The translations under genes were made by a program, and so were the position numbers. 64,000 bases of DNA from an uncultured delta proteobacterium (GTDB taxonomy: Bacteria > Myxococcota_A > UBA9160 > UBA4427): contig CAWGJT010000005.1 in the NCBI GenBank assembly GCA_963822965.1, positions 256,001-320,000 on the forward strand, read 5' to 3'. Shown piece by piece: positions 11,080 to 21,980 of the stretch. The notes under the pieces were generated by a model. The model was given only the letters and a program-made list of their open reading frames with translations, had not been told where the DNA came from and ran no database searches. Each line of letters opens with the position of its first letter. The stretch's first letter is position 1.

Positions 11080-12417
11080 TCACGAATCGGCGGGCGGATC
11101 CTCGGGCAGGCCGCGTCGGATGGTGCGCGCCACGTAGCCGGCCACCACGATCACCAGCGGAACCACCAGCAGGTAGAGCAGGTAGGGGACCCGTTCCGAG
11201 CGGGGTGCCGGCGCCTCCTCGAAGGCCGGGTTCGCCTCCAGGCGGCCGAGACCGAGGGGAAGGAAGCCGTCGACCTCGTTCTCGCGCAGGCGCCGCGCCA
11301 GGTCGTAGCGCGGCGGCCGGGCCTGCTCCGGATCGAAGTACAGCGCGAGCGGCGGCTGTAGCTCGTCCGGCGCCAGGAATCGCACCTGCTGCAGAGGCCG
11401 GCTCGCCCGGGCGGCCGCCACCGGGATCGGCTCGTCGTCGCCCTGGTCGACCATCAGCACGAGCCGCGCGGCGTCGGTCCGGAAGCCCTGGAACCCGGTG
11501 TGGACGTCTTCTCCGTATCGAAAGACGACGGTGCACGCGAGCCGGCGCGTCCGGCGCTGGCGCTCGTCGCTCCACTCCCACAGGCTGGCCGAGCGCGCGT
11601 ATCCGTCCGCCGGAATCGTGAGCGTGACGCGATCCACGCCCAGGTCCGCCTGGGGCAGGTCGAGTCGGAAGTACTGGTGGCGAGCGTCACGGTCCTGGGG
11701 ATCTTCGAAGGGCTCGAGCGCGACGGGCACGTCGAGCGTCTCGCCGCGCTCGACCGCCTGGCGCACCTTCACGCTCTCGATGGCGAGAGGCTCGGCGCCC
11801 GGCGCCAACGGCACCCGCGGCACGAACGTGAAGCGGTATTCGCGGAAGCGCGCCGTCGGGATGCGCAGCACGTCGTGGACGTAGTCGATGTCCTCGCTCG
11901 TGACCGAGTGGCGGATGAGGTGCAGGCGGTCCGCGAGGATGCCCCAGTGCTCGCCGTCGTCGCTGCCCTCGACCCGCACCAGCAGGTGGTAGTCGTCGTC
12001 GTCGATCGTGATCACGAACTCGTCCACGGGCCCGACGGTCCGGTCCGCGAGCTCGACCGAGAGCGTCTGCGTGCCGTCGGCCTGCCAGGCCCGGTTGAAG
12101 ATCACGGCCGGCCGCTCGACGACGTCCTTGCGCGCGCCCGCCGTCGCCACCAACGAGGGAATCTCGCGCCCCGCCGCGTCGAAGAGCCGCACCTCTCCTC
12201 CGGCGTCGAGCGCGGCCACGGCCTCGACGGACAGGGAGATCGAGTAGGCCCCGCTGGCGGCCATCTCTCCCTCCACCGGGGCGCGCTGCGTGAAGTCGCG
12301 CGGGGAGCGTCGCTCGACCTCCGCCGCCGTGGCCGGCGCGGCCGCCAGCAGGACGAGGAGCGCGAGCGAGAGGCTGCGGGCGACGCCGCACGGGAGCCTC
12401 GAGCCGGCCTCACGCAT
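11080..12417 (-). CDS. DUF3999-like exported protein with C-terminal membrane anchor
   Basis: Signal peptide, VRLFDAAGREIP, VEGSDDGEHW, PRYDL, C-terminal TM; coupled to the DUF2339 gene. Confidence 0.65.
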   Translation of the reverse strand: MREAGSRLPCGVARSLSLALLVLLAAAPATAAEVERRSPRDFTQRAPVEGEMAASGAYSISLSVEAVAALDAGGEVRLFDAAGREIPSLVATAGARKDVVERPAVIFNRAWQADGTQTLSVELADRTVGPVDEFVITIDDDDYHLLVRVEGSDDGEHWGILADRLHLIRHSVTSEDIDYVHDVLRIPTARFREYRFTFVPRVPLAPGAEPLAIESVKVRQAVERGETLDVPVALEPFEDPQDRDARHQYFRLDLPQADLGVDRVTLTIPADGYARSASLWEWSDERQRRTRRLACTVVFRYGEDVHTGFQGFRTDAARLVLMVDQGDDEPIPVAAARASRPLQQVRFLAPDELQPPLALYFDPEQARPPRYDLARRLRENEVDGFLPLGLGRLEANPAFEEAPAPRSERVPYLLYLLVVPLVIVVAGYVARTIRRGLPEDPPADS

Positions 12418-14743
12418 GCTCGGTCGCCTGGCGTCGGTTCGCGTAGTACGAGCTGACGAAGAGGATCGCCGCGAAGATGATCAGCGACGACGCGCGGTAG
12501 AGCTGGTTCTGGAACTCGAGGTCGAACAGGTACACCTTGAGGGCCGTGAAGACGTAGAGCGCGTAGGCGGCGTAGAGCCGCGCCTTCTGCCCGGTTCGGA
12601 TCGCCGTCACGTAGACCCCGAAGGCCATCAGGGCATAGCTCACCGACAGGATCGACCGGTAGCTGGCGCGCTGGGCGTCGGCGGGAATGAGATCGGCGAA
12701 CGGCGGCGCGTGGGTGATCGCGAAGGTCTCGCGCCGCAGCAGCAGCATCGCCACCACGAGCGCCGTGCCGAAGAGCAGCCCCTGGAGCTGCGCGCGAGAG
12801 AGCCCGAACGCGCGCTCGGGGGCCGCCAGGCCGAGCCAGGCCAGCAGCACCAGCAGGGGAGCCATCAGCAGCACGCCGCCGTGCAGCCACCACAGCCCGA
12901 CGCCGTCGCCCACGATGGGCACCAGCTGGCCGTAGCTGCCGGCCCACACGAGGGTCTCGAGGGTCCAGAAGACGAGGGCCACGGCGAGGAACAGGCTCGG
13001 CAGCCAGGCCAGCGCCTGGCTCCCGAGCGAGCGCATCGCGGCCACCCACAGCCCGAAGATCACCGACACGAGCAGCCCTGCACGCACCAGGGACTGCAGG
13101 CTGCCCGAGCCGTGGGGAAGCAGGGCGTAGCGGGCGACGCGCGCGGCCTCGCCGTCCACCGCGGCGACCAGCAGCAGGCCGCCGATGCCCATCAGCACGC
13201 CGACGGGCAGACCCGGCAGCCGCACCTGGGGCGCGCGGGCGAGCAGCCGCGACACCATCGCGAAGGTCACCACCGCGGCGAAGGGCGGCCAGCTGCGCAG
13301 CTCCGCGAAGGGGATGTAGCGGGTGCCCTCGCCCGCCCAGGTCGTCGAGACGAGCTCGTCGAAGGCCACCAGCCGGATGATCACGATGGCCAGCATGGCC
13401 AGCACGTGCCCGCGCAGGAAGGCGAAGCGCGGCTGGGTGCACGCCCACGCCAGCAGCACGGTCTCGCCGCACCACACCAGGGTGATCCAGTGGCCGCTCG
13501 CCAGGTAGGGAGTGGCCAGCAGCAGGAAGCCCGCCGCCGAGCCGGCGAACACCCGCAGGCAGCGCGTGTCGAGCACCGGCTCCCGCGTGAGGCGCGAAGA
13601 CACCACCGCGTACAGCAGCGCCACCCCGGCGGCCACCAGCCCGAGCCAGGCGCGGTGCTCGTGCTCCAGAGCGACGACCGCGAACACGAAGTGCGCCACG
13701 CCGTTGGCCACCGTCAGGACCTGCCCGAAGAGGTCGATGGGCTCGTGCAGGCGCAGGCTGCGCCAGGTGGGGATGGCGGCGAACGACAAGAAGAAGGCCG
13801 CCAGGAAGGGCAGCAGCCAGTGCAGCTGCAGCCAGCGCGTGGCGCCGGGGTGCTGGTCGAACGCCAGCACCCAGCTGCTGGTGTACGCGACGGTGAGCGC
13901 GAAGGCCATCCACTTGAGCGGCTGCCAGTTGCGCCGGTAGGCGATGGCGAAGACGCCCGCGTTCAGCACCAGCAGATAGCTCGACAGGAACGCGTAGTTG
14001 CCGCTGCCCGTGCTCGCCAGCGCCGGGGCCAGGTAGCCGCCGACCAGCCCCCACACGGCCAGGACCAGCGAGTCGTAGCGGAGCGACTGGGCCACCACGA
14101 AGGCGGTGGCCACCACGTAGAGGCCGAACGCCACGGGCGGCGGGATCACCCCGTACTGCTGCTGACCGAACCAGACCGCGATGAAGATCACGCCGTTGCC
14201 GGCGGACACCAGGCCCGAGGCGAATCGGTGCCAGCCGCGCCGGGCGTAGACCTCCCCCGCACCGACCAGCAGCGCACCGACGACGAGACCGAGGGCGACT
14301 CGTCCGGTCGGGCCGATCCAGCCGCTGTCCACCGCATAGCGGAAGACGATGGCCGCCCCGAAGATCATGCTGAGGGCGCCGAGCTTGTTGAGCGGATTGC
14401 CCTCGGTGAGGAACTCACGCAGCCAGCGCACGACGATCTGCCCGAAGGACGGCCCGGAGCGCGCCCTGCGCGCGGGCGCCCGCGCGGCGGCCCGGCCCGC
14501 GGCGGCGGCGGATGCCGAGGAGGCGGCGACGGATGCGGAGGCGGCGGAGGAGGAGGAGGCGGAGGCGGGCCGGCCGGGCGCCGCCGGCTGGACCGCGGCT
14601 GGACCCGGCGCGCCCTCGGGCCGCGGCGGCGTCGCATCCCCCTCCAGACGGAGCAGCCGCTCGTGCAGCTGGGCGACGCTTCCCTCGACCCGGGCGAGCG
14701 CGGCGCGGAGGGCCGCCAGCTCTTGCCGTTCCTCGTCGGTCAT
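12410..14743 (-). CDS. DUF2339 family polytopic membrane protein
   Basis: LNKLG...FRYAVDSGWIGPTGRV, GGYLAP, KVYLFDL, many TM helices. Confidence 0.85.
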   Translation of the reverse strand: MTDEERQELAALRAALARVEGSVAQLHERLLRLEGDATPPRPEGAPGPAAVQPAAPGRPASASSSSAASASVAASSASAAAAGRAAARAPARRARSGPSFGQIVVRWLREFLTEGNPLNKLGALSMIFGAAIVFRYAVDSGWIGPTGRVALGLVVGALLVGAGEVYARRGWHRFASGLVSAGNGVIFIAVWFGQQQYGVIPPPVAFGLYVVATAFVVAQSLRYDSLVLAVWGLVGGYLAPALASTGSGNYAFLSSYLLVLNAGVFAIAYRRNWQPLKWMAFALTVAYTSSWVLAFDQHPGATRWLQLHWLLPFLAAFFLSFAAIPTWRSLRLHEPIDLFGQVLTVANGVAHFVFAVVALEHEHRAWLGLVAAGVALLYAVVSSRLTREPVLDTRCLRVFAGSAAGFLLLATPYLASGHWITLVWCGETVLLAWACTQPRFAFLRGHVLAMLAIVIIRLVAFDELVSTTWAGEGTRYIPFAELRSWPPFAAVVTFAMVSRLLARAPQVRLPGLPVGVLMGIGGLLLVAAVDGEAARVARYALLPHGSGSLQSLVRAGLLVSVIFGLWVAAMRSLGSQALAWLPSLFLAVALVFWTLETLVWAGSYGQLVPIVGDGVGLWWLHGGVLLMAPLLVLLAWLGLAAPERAFGLSRAQLQGLLFGTALVVAMLLLRRETFAITHAPPFADLIPADAQRASYRSILSVSYALMAFGVYVTAIRTGQKARLYAAYALYVFTALKVYLFDLEFQNQLYRASSLIIFAAILFVSSYYANRRQATEHA

Positions 14744-14958
14744 CTCTCGCGCTCCTCGCGATCGAGGGTCCCGCAGCGAAGGAAGTGCCCGACCGGTCTC
14801 GCGACCTCGCCGGATCGAGCGCCGAGGGTATGCGAGCCGGGCCGGGGAAGGAAGGCCGCCCGGCGGCGCAGCCGGCGCGGGGCGATGGTCCGTCGGGGAC
14901 GTTCGTCGGCCTTGACGTTCACGCGACTCGTGTGCTCGACTGAACTCCGACGCCGGAG

Positions 14959-15003
<45 letters not shown>

Positions 15004-15022
15004 AGAGACGGCCATCCAACCC

Positions 15023-15564
15023 GTGAAGACGACCTTTCTGTGTGTCGTCCTCGTCCTCGCATCCGCGCCGACGGCGCGGGCAACCACGACGTTCCTGGCC
15101 GACGGACGCTACATCTCGAATTTCGAAGAGGCGTGCGACGCAGACTTCGACCGCGGTGGGAACTTCTACGGTCGGATCGAGCCCTCCCCCGTCTTCTCGG
15201 ATCGCTCGACTTCGAGATCGACACCCCGACGGAGATCGATCTCACGGGCAGCGTGTCCGTGACCGGAAGTGCCAGCAACAGCAGCTTCGCCGGCTTCAGG
15301 CCGAGCTCGCTCGACTCGGGGATCATCGCCGAGGGCGGTCTGGCCGGCGAGGTCAATGGCGACGCCGACACGCCGATCGCCGTCACGACGATCCTCCAGC
15401 CCGGCCAGTACCGACTCGCGGCGTGGGCAAGCGTGATCTTCGCGGGCACCGCCGCCTACGACTTCACGATGCAATCGACCGAGGTCCCGGAGCCGAGCAT
15501 CCGACTGCTCGCTCTGACCGCCCTCGCGATGGTGGCGGGACTGCGGCGCGCCCTTCCCGCGTGA
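15023..15564 (+). CDS. PEP-CTERM sorting-signal protein; frameshift or deletion near 15205
   Basis: Signal peptide (MKTTFLCVVLVLASAPTARA) in one frame; VPEPS + TM + RR tail in another. Confidence 0.7.
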
Positions 15565-15659
15565 CGCCGGCGCCTGAGGGCTTTCACCACCGAGACTCCG
15601 CCGGGGGCGGGCTCGCGCCGGGCGTGTTCTCCGCGTACCGTGAGCGGGAGGAGAAGTCC

Positions 15660-16670
15660 ATGAAGGTCCTGCGCACCCCCGACGAACGCTTCGCGAACCT
15701 GCCCGGCTACCCGTTCGCGCCGCACTACACCGAGGTGCCGGACGGCGAGGGGGGTCGACTGCGGATCCATCACGTCGACGAGGGGCCCCGGGACGGTGCC
15801 ATCGTGCTGTGCATGCACGGTCAGCCTTCGTGGAGCTACCTCTACCGGCACATGGTTCCGCTGCTCACGGAGGCCGGGCTGCGCGTCATCGCCCCGGACC
15901 TGGTGGGCTATGGACGCTCCGACAAGCCGGCGACGCGCGAGGACTACAGCTACGAGCGACAGGTCGACTGGATGACGGCCTGGCTGACGGCCAACGACCG
16001 GCGGGACGTCACCTTCTTCGGGCAGGACTGGGGCGGGCTCATCGGCCTGCGCCTGGTCGCCGAGAACCCGGAACGCTTCGCCCGGGTGGTGATCGCGAAC
16101 ACGGCGCTGCCGACGCCGGAAGGTGTCTCCCAGCGCCGCGCCGACGCGGTCCGCGAGTACCGCGCGAACGCGCCCACGCCGACGCTGCCCGAGGTGTTCG
16201 AGGCGTTCGGCAAGCGGGACCCGAACGCGCCGGAGCTCGCCTTCGCGCCCTGGCAGAAGTGGTGCTGGGACACCGAAGACCTGCCCATCGGGCTGGCGAT
16301 CGCCGGCGCCGTCGACGGCCGGACCCTGTCGCCCCAGGAGATCGCCGCCTACGACGCGCCCTTCCCGGACGCGAGCTACAAGATGGGGGCGCGAGCCATG
16401 CCGAGCTGCGTCCCGACGCTCTCCGACGACCCCTCCCTGGCGGCGAACCTGCGCGCGTGGGAGGTGCTGTCGAAGTGGGACAAGCCCTTCCTCTGCGCGT
16501 TCAGCGACAACGACCCCGTCACGGCGGGCGCCGAGCAGCCCTTCCTCGCGCGAGTGCCCGGGGCCGCCGGCCAACCCCACCAGAAGATCCACGGCGGCGG
16601 CCACTTCCTGCAGGAAGGCCGAGGCGACGTGCTGGCGAAGATCCTGATCGACCTCGTCGCATCGACCTGA
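15660..16670 (+). CDS. haloalkane dehalogenase
   Basis: MKVLRTPDERFANLP, HGQPSWSYLYR, GQDWGG, GGHFLQE. Confidence 0.92.
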   Translation: MKVLRTPDERFANLPGYPFAPHYTEVPDGEGGRLRIHHVDEGPRDGAIVLCMHGQPSWSYLYRHMVPLLTEAGLRVIAPDLVGYGRSDKPATREDYSYERQVDWMTAWLTANDRRDVTFFGQDWGGLIGLRLVAENPERFARVVIANTALPTPEGVSQRRADAVREYRANAPTPTLPEVFEAFGKRDPNAPELAFAPWQKWCWDTEDLPIGLAIAGAVDGRTLSPQEIAAYDAPFPDASYKMGARAMPSCVPTLSDDPSLAANLRAWEVLSKWDKPFLCAFSDNDPVTAGAEQPFLARVPGAAGQPHQKIHGGGHFLQEGRGDVLAKILIDLVAST

Positions 16671-16727
16671 AGAGCCAACCCGCCAGGCCGCAAGATCATC
16701 GCGAAGCGCCCCAGCCCGCGACCTCCC

Positions 16728-16872
16728 GCTGAGGGCGTCGAGAGGGGTGCAGATTCGCGGCCCTCGGAGCGGAGCGCAGCGCAGGCAGCGAAGCGAAGCT
16801 TCGCCCCGAAGGCCGGCGGAGGCGTAGTCTTCTACGTCGAGCACGGCCGCAGCGAGAAGGTCGCGAAGATGC
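16728..16872 (+). repeat. structured dispersed element, copy A (3'-truncated tandem copy)
   Basis: Near-identical to 16891-17035 with a 163-bp period. Confidence 0.9.
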
Positions 16873-16890
16873 CGCAGCCCGCAAGCTCCC

Positions 16891-17056
16891 GCTGAGGGCG
16901 TCGAGAGGGGCGCAGATTCGCGGCCCTCGGAGCGGAGCGCAGCGGAGGCAGCGAAGCGCAGCTTCGCCCCGGAGGCCGGCGGAGGCGTAGTCCTCTACGT
17001 CGAGCACGGCCGAAGCGAGAAGGTCGCGAAGATGCGCCGCTATCGGCGCCCTCAGC
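16891..17056 (+). repeat. structured dispersed element, copy B (full, ~35-bp imperfect terminal inverted repeat)
   Basis: GCTGAGGGCGTCGA...TCGGCGCCCTCAGC closing stem; internal hairpin GGCGTAG-TCCT-CTACGTC. Confidence 0.9.
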
Positions 17057-17064
17057 CGGCGGCC

Positions 17065-18029
17065 TCAGCTCAGCTTGAGCATCAGCTCGATGGGCTTCAG
17101 CGCCCGAACGCGGATCTCCTCGGGCACCGTCACCTGGGGCTTCGAGATCGCGCAGGCAGAGGTAGAGCTTCTCGAGGGTGTTGAGGCGCATGTACGGGCA
17201 CTGGTTGCACGAGCAGCTCTCGTCCATGCCCGGCGCCTGGATCAGCTTCTTGCCCGGCGCCCGGCGCAGGATCTCGTGGAAGACCCCGTCCTCGGTGGCG
17301 ATGATCGACTCGCGGTCGGGGCTCGCCACCGCGCGCTCGATGATGCCGGTGGTGGACGCGATGAAGTCGGCCTGGTCGAGCACCGCCTGGTCGCACTCGG
17401 GGTGGGCCAGCACCTCGGCGTCGGGGTGCTGGATGCGCAGCTTCTCGAGCCCCTTGGCGCTGAAGAGCTCGTGCACCACGCAGGCGCCGGGCCAGACGAT
17501 GAGGTCGTCGCGGCCGGTCTGCTTGGCCGACCCAGCGCGCCAGGTGGCGGTCGGGCGCGAAGACGAGCGGCCGCCCAGCGAAGTGCTCCGATCATCTTCA
17601 CCGCGTTCGACGACGTGCAGATGAGGTCGGACATCGCCTTCACCTCGGCGGAGGAGTTGATGTAGGTGAGGACGGCGGCGCCGGGGTGCTGGTCGATGAA
17701 CTTCCGGAACTCGTCCGGGCGGACAGCCGTCCGCGAGGGAGCAGCCGGCTTCGAGGTCGGGCACCACCACCGGCTTGTCGGGGTTCAGGATCTTCGCCGT
17801 CTCGGCCATGAAGTGGACGCCGCAGAAGGCGATGACCTCGCAGTCGGCGTGCTGGGCGGCCTGGGCCAGCTTGAGCGAGTCGCCCACCACGTCGGCGAGA
17901 TCCTGGATCTCGTCCTCCTGGTAGTAGTGGGCGAGCAGCAGGGCGCGCCGCTCGCGCTTGAGCGTCGCGGATCGCCTCTTCGAGGTCGTCCGGCAGGGAG
18001 CTCTCGTGGGCTCGGTCGTGGAGACTCAC
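17065..18029 (-). CDS. nadA: quinolinate synthase (several frameshifts)
   Basis: LLAHYYQ, GDSLKLA, FCGVHFMAETAKILNP, CSLAD, YINSSA, AHPEC, CNQCPYM. Confidence 0.95.
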
Positions 18030-18130
18030 GCGGATTCCTGCGGGGCACGAACGGGTCGGGGGCGCGTCGGGCCTCGAGGGTAGCCGCTGCCCGACGCCTC
18101 CGTCGAAATTCAGCCGCGCGTCCGGTCCGA

Positions 18131-18860
18131 TCAGGAGCGTCGGGACGCCGTGCGTGCGGCTGCGGACCGTGCAGACCCGCGGTTCCGGGCTTGTGGCCGG
18201 GGCGCGATCTCGGACACGTCGAAGCCCTCGCCGGCCAGACGCGCCCGCAGGCCGCGCACGTCCGCCGCGCGCCAGGCCAGACCCCCGAAGCGGTCCCGAT
18301 CACCCGCGAAGGCCTCCGGGCCGCCCTCGATCCGGGGCGCCCCCGCGAGGGCGCCCACCACCTCGACGGTGACGCCGGCGACGCGAAAGAAGAGGATCTG
18401 GATGCCCCCGCTTCTCGAACGCCCGGTCGAGGGCGAGGCGGAGCCCCAGCTCGCGGCCGTAGAGCGCCCGAGCCGCCTCGAGGTCCCCCGTCGAGACCAC
18501 CACGTGGTCGAGATGCGCGACCGCGACGTCGGGCGCGACGAACGGACGCGAGGGCGGGGGCGCGTCCACGGCCTCGGGCGCCAGCCCGATGGGGAGGCCG
18601 CGGGTCCGGTCGGCTGGCAGCCACGCAGGCGTCTCCCGGCCGTCCTCCTGGAAGACGAGCCCCGCGACGCCCGACGGCGGCGGCGCCGGCGCGTCGGCCG
18701 GCCAGGCCTCGCGCGGGACCAGCTCGAGCAGCGTGTTGTCGAGTCCGAAGCGCGACACCGAGCCCCCGACCTCGTAGGCTTCGCGTCCCAGCAGCAGGCG
18801 GTAGTCCGCCGTCGCCGCTTCCGCGTCGTCCACGGCGACGATCACCCGATGGAGCCTCAC
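18131..18860 (-). CDS. VOC/glyoxalase family protein, two domains (frameshift near 18405)
   Basis: RLHRVIVAVDD..., HLDHVVVSTGDL...YGRELGL, FGGLAWRAADV. Confidence 0.75.
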
Positions 18861-18938
18861 GATCGCTGCGACAGAACCCGTCCCGGTGGAAGGCATGCCG
18901 GTAGAATAGGAGACGTGGGCTTCGCTATGCCCTGCGAG

Positions 18939-20329
18939 ATGTCCAGACACCCGGCCGGGAGGGGACCCGCGGCGACCCAGGCTTCCTGGGCCGCGCTGCT
19001 GGCGGCGGCTTGTCTCGCCTTCGGCTCCCTGGGCGCCGTCGGCTGCCGCGACCGCCAGGAGCAGCCCGCCCGACCTGCTGCTGGTGACGGTGGATTCCCT
19101 GCGCGCCGACTTCCTCGTCTGCTACGGCGGAGAGGCAGGCGTCGGCACCCGCATCTGCTCGTTGGCCGACGAGGGCACCCGCTACGCGTGGGCGTTCTCC
19201 ACCGCCTCGAGCTCGGCGCCGGCCATCGCCTCGATCCTCACCTCGCGCTATCCGACCGAGCACGGTGTCGACGCCTCGGCCGCCACCTTCCTGCGGGACG
19301 AGCTGCCCACCCTGGCCGAGGAGCTGGCGCGGGCGGGCTACGCGACGGCCGCCTTCGTCAGCAGCCCCGAGCTGAACCGCTCGCGCAATCTGCAGCAGGG
19401 CTTCGAGGTCTACGACGACCGCACGACGCGTACCGGCAGTCTCGGACTCCCCCAACGCAGCGCCAAGGAGACCACGGACGCGGCGCTCGCCTGGCTGAGC
19501 GAGCACGGCGACGCGGAGCGCCCGTGGTTCGTCTGGGTCCACTACCGCGAGCCCCACGGCCCCTACGAGGCGCCGGCACCACCGGAGCCGGCGGGCCCGA
19601 GCGGGTCCAGGCCCACGGCCCGGGGAACGCCTGCGAGTGCTGCCCACCGCCACGGGACGCGGCGGCATCCCGTCGTACCAGGCCATTCCCGGTCTCTTCA
19701 CGCGCGAGGGCTACGAGGCCCGCTATCGCGCCGAGATCCGCCGCGTGGACGCCCAGCTCGCGCGCCTGCTGATCGAGCTGGAACGCCGCGACCGGCGGCT
19801 GGGCGTCCTCGTCACCGCCGATCACGGGGAGGCCTTCGGCGAAGACCGCTGGTACCTCTGCCACGGCCACTCCCTGAGCCTCGATCAGATCCGCGTTCCC
19901 CTGATCTGGCGGCCACCGGGCGGCGGGCCGCCCGACGAGATCCGGGTGGCGGTGAGCACGCTCGACGTGGCCCCGACCCTGCTGCAGGCGGCCGGGCGCC
20001 CGGTGCCCGAATCGTTCCGCGGCTGGCTGCTGCCGGGCCCGAACGATCCGCCCGGCGCACCGGAGCAGGCGCGGACGATCTTCGCCGTGCATCCGCAGTA
20101 CGTGGCGGTGGTGAGCGGCGACAACTACTACGCGCGCCGGCGCGTACCGGCCTCCGACGTGCCGCCGGGACATGACCCCGGAGTATCTGCGTGCGGTGGC
20201 GAGCGCGGACGGCGAACCTCGACCGCAGGCCAGGACGCCCTGCCCGCCTACGAAGACGCCCGCCCGAGCGGCATCACCCCGCTGCTCGAGCCCGCGGTCG
20301 TCGACTTCCTGGCCGGCCGCGAGCCATGA
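18939..20329 (+). CDS. sulfatase-like hydrolase, probably exported (frameshifts near 19065 and 19630)
   Basis: LVTVDSLRAD, WVHYREPHGPY, VTADHGEAFGE, HGHSL...IRVPLI, STLDVAPT. Confidence 0.85.
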
Positions 20330-21980
20330 GCGCCGGCGCCCCGGCGGCGCGGGACGCCTCTCGACGGCGCTTCGGGACGGCGCGGGGAGGTGTCTGGCCG
20401 CTGGTGCTGCTGGCGGCTCTCGCCTTCCACTGCGACGCTCCGCGCCCTCGACCCCGCCCGCCGAGCCGCGGCGCGACGCGGACGCACCGTGGATCGACCT
20501 GACGGTGGGAGGCATCCCGGCCGCCGACCGCGACCTGCTGGTGCTGCCGCCGTCCGGCTTCCTCGTGGACGTGAGCTGGCCCGCGTCTGCGCCCGTCGAT
20601 CCGCGAGGGCTCGCGGTCCGGGTCCGGCCCTGGTCCGGAGGCGAGAGCCTGGATCTGGGCGCCCCCGTCGTGCGACGTCCCGACGGCGCCACCTTCGCGG
20701 TGCCCGACGGCCGGGCCCTGGCGCCGGGCAGCCACACGATCTGGGCGAGCGCGGCGCTGCCGCGAGGCGGATCGCAGTCCGTCGGCCTCGCGGTCGCCGT
20801 GCGCGAGCCGCACGTCCCCGCGCCCCTGGCGGCCGGCCAGTGGATCCAGCTCGACTTCGACGTGGACCGGGACGGCGACTCGCTGGCCGACTTCCCCACC
20901 GACCTCGCGACCTTCGGGCTCGCGGGGGGCCGATCGGTCTCCCTGGACATGCGGGTCGAGGCCTGGGTGATCGACGAGATCGTGGCCCGGACCCAGGCCT
21001 TCTACGATCCCAATCCGAGCCGCCTGCCGGGCGGCGACCCCCTGAACGTGACCTTCAGCGCCGACCCGCCGCTCTCGGGCCCGTTCACGCGAATCTGTGT
21101 CGCCGGCGAGGCACCCGACGACGGCGACGCGCTGGGCAACGTGCTGCTCGATCCGGGCAACGCCGATCCCGGGGACGTGGCCTGCGACGACGCCCTGCCC
21201 TCGGGCGTGTTCCCGCGCGAGCTCACCCACTACCAGGAGGATCCTGCCTATCAGCGCGCGTTCGCCCCGCTGCTGGAACGGCCGCCGGGCGCCGATCCCC
21301 TGGACTACGCGGTGCTGGGCGGGCCCTACGATCCCCATTCGTCCGCCCAGCGCGAGCGCCTGGCGGAGCTGCAAGCCGGCGTCGAGACCTTCGCGCAGGT
21401 GGTGGCGAGCATCGCCGCCCACGAGGCTGGACACGCCATGGGACTGGTCCCACCCGGGGCGCCCGGAAGGGGCCTCTACGGCGGCGAGATCGGTGTCGAG
21501 TACACCCACAACCTGACCGCCGGAGGCGAGGTTCCAGCGGAGAGCCTGCTCATGAACCCCGGACCGTCGTTCTCGTTCGAGACCCTGGCGGGAGCCGACG
21601 ACCGGTCGCTGCCGCGAATGCGGGCGCTGAACTTCGCCTACCTGCAGGGCCGCGTGCTGCTCGACCCGACGATCGACGGCATCCATCCACCTCCGATCGT
21701 CGACGCCGTCTCCCCCGACGTGATCTCCAGCGACGAAGGGGTGATGGCGGTGCTGGAGATCGCCGGACGCGGCTTCCGCTCGCCACCGGGGGTGGTGCTC
21801 GCGGGGACGACCGAGGTGGTGGTGAGCCGGCCCGCGATCGTCGAGGGTCACGGCGAGGTCCCCGACCGGATCATCGGAAGCGTGCTGGCCCCGGCCCTGC
21901 TGCCGGGACGCTATGACGTGCAGGTCCGCAACCCGGACGGCCAGACCTCGACGGGACGCGCGATGCTGGAGGTGCGCTAG
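20326..21980 (+). CDS. putative lipoprotein zinc metallopeptidase with C-terminal IPT/TIG-like domain (frameshift near 20450)
   Basis: HEAGHAMGL zinc motif, LMNPG Met-turn-like, PIVDAVSP...GRGF...GRYDVQVRNPDGQ. Confidence 0.65.

Noticed and set aside
16728..17035. 163-bp duplication as CRISPR or as small ORFs (MLDVEDYASAG...)
   Set aside because: No spacers; the ORFs are antisense read-through of a palindromic repeat
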